Part shown: in pieces, positions 15,940 through 18,049 of the stretch
How the letters are laid out: the number at the start of each line of letters is the position of its first letter
Numbering within the stretch: the first letter of the stretch is position 1
UHGV virus genome: UHGV-0118719
Length of the DNA stretch: 18,049 nt
Origin: a virus
Strand: one strand, 5' to 3'
The notes under the pieces: model-generated
Told to the model about the DNA's origin: nothing
The model's database searches: none
The model's input: the letters and a program-made list of their open reading frames with translations, nothing else
Program-made: the position numbers and the translations under genes

Positions 15940-16293
15940 TTAACGGCGACGCGAAGATGCAGGTGGAGAGCCGTTACCCAGACAGATATGACAGGAGCCA
16001 CAGTCATCCGGACCAATACGTTCAACCCAGAATTGCCGACCGTTAATCGTCAGCGTGTCCATACGCTGCAGCTGCCTGACAGTGGCGGTTTCCACAAACA
16101 GGGTCGGGCTGGTTCCTTCAACACGAATCCCGGCACCGGCATATCCGATATTTTCTGGATCATCGAATACACCGACCAGGGTGGCACCTGACAAAGCGCC
16201 TGACATCACCTTTGCCTCTGTGCCCATCACACCACGGATAGCGCTATCAGCTCGCGACATGGCCTCGTCAAAGAGATTATCGAAATCAGCCAT
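15940..16293 (-). CDS. FII: head-tail joining protein FII
   Basis: 117-aa ORF; MADFDNLFD...VFDDPENI.YAG.G.RVEG.SP.LFV.T..VRQL.R.DTLTI....FWV.R..PDD.GSCH..LG.G.PPA..RRR matches lambda gpFII. Confidence 0.92.
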   Translation of the reverse strand: MADFDNLFDEAMSRADSAIRGVMGTEAKVMSGALSGATLVGVFDDPENIGYAGAGIRVEGTSPTLFVETATVRQLQRMDTLTINGRQFWVERIGPDDCGSCHICLGNGSPPASSRRR

Positions 16294-16303
16294 GTGGCCC
16301 CCT

Positions 16304-16720
16304 TCAGACTTCGAAAGCCAGCCCCTTTGCGATCAAGTCGTCGGCATCCTGTTCAGATACGCGGATAATCACACCAGGCTCTACGATAGATACCGGCTCG
16401 TTACGCGTGGCATGCAGAGCGTCAATATGCAGGGTGGCCAGCGTTTCTACTGATACCAGGTCACCCGTTGTGGCCGATTCCGTTTTTACTTTTGCCACGT
16501 TAGCAACATTGTTGTCGGTGCTGTCGGTGCTGTCGGTGCTGTCGGAAGCATTCTGCACGCCGTTTTCACCGTCAACTGACCCGGCATTGCCATCCAGTTC
16601 CTCTTCAAGCTCAGCAATACGCATCGTCAGTTCCTGAATGGTGCCGCTGGTACTGACCTCGCGGTTAAGCTGGGTCCCAAGTTCATTCAGGCGGGCGACC
16701 AGCTTTTCTTTTTCTGTCAT
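16304..16720 (-). CDS. FI: DNA packaging / head assembly protein FI
   Basis: ATG at 16718-16720 (MTEKEKLVARLNELGTQLNREVS...) aligns with lambda FI (MTKDELIARLRSLGEQLNRDVS...); GGAG RBS 8 nt upstream; the track ORF start at 16756 is a GTG inside the upstream hairpin and was rejected. Contains an internal (STD)n tandem repeat. Confidence 0.85.
   Translation of the reverse strand: MTEKEKLVARLNELGTQLNREVSTSGTIQELTMRIAELEEELDGNAGSVDGENGVQNASDSTDSTDSTDNNVANVAKVKTESATTGDLVSVETLATLHIDALHATRNEPVSIVEPGVIIRVSEQDADDLIAKGLAFEV
16513..16545. repeat. tandem 9-bp repeat (tgtcggtgc, 3.7 copies) inside FI, encoding DSTDSTDSTD
   Basis: Three perfect consecutive units at 16513-16521, 16522-16530 and 16531-16539, plus a partial unit at 16540-16545. 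Confidence 0.85.
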
Positions 16721-16738
16721 GGGAAATACTCCAGAAAG

Positions 16739-16756
16739 GTGGCCCGACAGGGCCAC
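16739..16756 (-). other. GC-rich stem-loop between E and FI (possible partial terminator or RNA-stability element)
   Basis: gtggccc-gaca-gggccac, 7-bp stem with 4-nt loop, between the E stop (16766-16768) and the FI RBS; followed on the minus strand by CUUUCU only. Confidence 0.4.
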
Positions 16757-16765
16757 TGGGGGAAG

Positions 16766-17791
16766 TTATGCCAGTTTGACGGAGACGAATGCGTCAGGGT
16801 CTGGCAGCAGCATCAGCGGAGCTGACTGAATCATGGTGAATTCGCGCGCCGGATCCCCCGACTGCACCCAGTTTTTCGGGTAGCGTGTCGAGGCATTGAT
16901 ACCTTCGCGCTGGGCATCAGCATCAAGAATGCAGCCATAGGTACGCAGGCCACGAGCCTGGGTATTCCCCAGCACCATTGTCAGGTCCGGCAGATAATTC
17001 TTTTTGACGTCGTTTTCGACGTACTGGCCGGAGTACACCACGATGGCCACATCGCCAAACATCCCCTTGTATGAAACAGCCATACCCAGGTCTTTCACGG
17101 CAGTTTCCAGCTCAGAGTTAGAACCACGACGCGTATCCAGCTTCTTCTCAACAGCCTTGAAGGAACGGAACAGCGCCCAGCCTTTCGGATCGAACACAAT
17201 GATGTTGACCACACCGCTGGCGTTGAGCGCGTAGGCTTCAATGTCATCGGTCGGGTCATACGTTTCTTTGTCGCGGGTTGACCATGCAGCCGCACCGGCC
17301 TGGACAATGTTGTTACCAGCGCTGCGGCCCATATCGACTTCAACAGGCTCGAACGCTTCCCCGGTCATGGTGTATTTACCGCTGAGCACCGCCGAAACAG
17401 CCTGTTTCTCTTCGACCTGAGCAATCGCCAGCTCTTCATCCTTCATGTTCTGAAGGATAATGCGGCGACGGCGATAGACCGGGTCAGCGAGATTCTGCGG
17501 ATCCTCATCCGGCAGGCGGCGGAGAGTCATCAGTGGGTTAACTTCGTGTTTCGGCTTCACATAACCCGGCGTGAATTCAGACGTGCTGCCGCCACGGGAG
17601 CGGATCACTTTGCCGGAGACAATCGGCGAGACGTAAAGCGCCATATTGACCAGGCCAGGAATTTGCGACAGGTAAACCTTCTCTGTACTGAAGGGATAGG
17701 TTTCGCGGAAAAAGATACGCAGGAAAAGCGGATCGAATTTGAATTTCTTCTCATTGACCGCCAGCAGTTGGGCAGTGGTGTAAACGGACAT
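16766..17791 (-). CDS. E: major capsid protein E
   Basis: 341-aa ORF, the same length as lambda gpE and matching it along the whole protein as I recall it (TTAQLLA.NE.KFKFDPLFLR.FFRE.YPF.TEKVYLSQIPGLVNMALYVSPIVSG..., ...REFTMIQSAPLML). Confidence 0.95.
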   Translation of the reverse strand: MSVYTTAQLLAVNEKKFKFDPLFLRIFFRETYPFSTEKVYLSQIPGLVNMALYVSPIVSGKVIRSRGGSTSEFTPGYVKPKHEVNPLMTLRRLPDEDPQNLADPVYRRRRIILQNMKDEELAIAQVEEKQAVSAVLSGKYTMTGEAFEPVEVDMGRSAGNNIVQAGAAAWSTRDKETYDPTDDIEAYALNASGVVNIIVFDPKGWALFRSFKAVEKKLDTRRGSNSELETAVKDLGMAVSYKGMFGDVAIVVYSGQYVENDVKKNYLPDLTMVLGNTQARGLRTYGCILDADAQREGINASTRYPKNWVQSGDPAREFTMIQSAPLMLLPDPDAFVSVKLA

Positions 17792-17803
17792 AGATTTTTC
17801 CCG

Positions 17804-17830
17804 TAAAAAAAGCCGCGCAAGCGGCTTTTA
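17804..17830 (-). terminator. hairpin with GCAA loop and flanking A/T runs between D and E (intrinsic-terminator-like)
   Basis: aaaaaaa-gccgc-gcaa-gcggc-tttt; on the minus strand the hairpin is followed by T7. Confidence 0.45.
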
Positions 17831-17858
17831 TGAATGATGATGGTTGTAGAAATGCGGA

Positions 17859-18049
17859 TTAAACGATGCTGATTGCAGTACCGGCGAACGCGTTACGTTT
17901 AATGTTGTCGTCGGTGACGGCAGATGGCCAGAGGACATCTTCAATACGGAAAGAGCCAGATTTGTAATATGCCAGTTCCGCGCTGTTCTGGTCTGCGGTT
18001 ACAGCCAGGATGCCCATTGCCGCGCCAGCATGAGCACCATCCCAGACGG
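17859..18049 (-). CDS. D: head decoration protein D, C-terminal part (gene continues beyond the window)
   Basis: Reverse-complement translation ends ...[36 protein letters not shown] with TAA at 17859-17861, matching the lambda gpD C-terminus (...FYKSGTFRYEDVLWPEA...[14 protein letters not shown]). Confidence 0.85.
   Translation of the reverse strand, partial: VWDGAHAGAAMGILAVTADQNSAELAYYKSGSFRIEDVLWPSAVTDDNIKRNAFAGTAISIV

Noticed and set aside
15545-16453. Plus-strand ORFs 15545..15943 and 16055..16453 (132 aa each) antisense to Z, FII and FI
   Set aside because: Same reasoning: opposite conserved lambda genes, arginine/serine-rich and not protein-like.
16513-16545. Possible CRISPR array
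   Set aside because: The only tandem repeat is a 9-bp unit with no spacers, lying inside the FI coding region; this is not CRISPR architecture.
16304-16756. Longer FI start (GTG at 16756) from the ORF track
   Set aside because: That start lies inside the E-FI hairpin and lacks an RBS; the ATG at 16720 has a GGAG RBS and aligns with the lambda FI N-terminus.

Overview
This window is the late (head-tail morphogenesis) arm of a lambda-like siphovirus prophage from an enterobacterial host, encoded almost entirely on the minus strand. Lambda gene order is preserved: D (3' end only) - E - FI - FII - Z - U - V - G and G-T (-1 frameshift) - H - M - L - K - I - J. All protein identifications were made by eye against remembered lambda protein sequences and domain patterns; no database search was possible. 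Three accessory insertions interrupt or extend this backbone: (1) a KilA-N-domain protein plus a lipoprotein between K and I, (2) two convergent, 3'-overlapping small ORFs between I and J, and (3) a post-J block of two translationally coupled unknown ORFs, a Cor-like small lipoprotein and a tail fibre with a C-terminal S74-type intramolecular chaperone domain. The low-coordinate end carries a plus-strand dinI-like gene behind a near-consensus LexA box, which is shared with a divergent small unknown ORF. The accessory cassettes are bracketed by hairpin plus T-tract terminators, the classic moron layout. The best candidates for an undescribed function are the K/I cassette, the I/J convergent pair and the LexA-controlled divergent ORF. 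No tRNA, CRISPR array, IS element or attachment site was recognisable.
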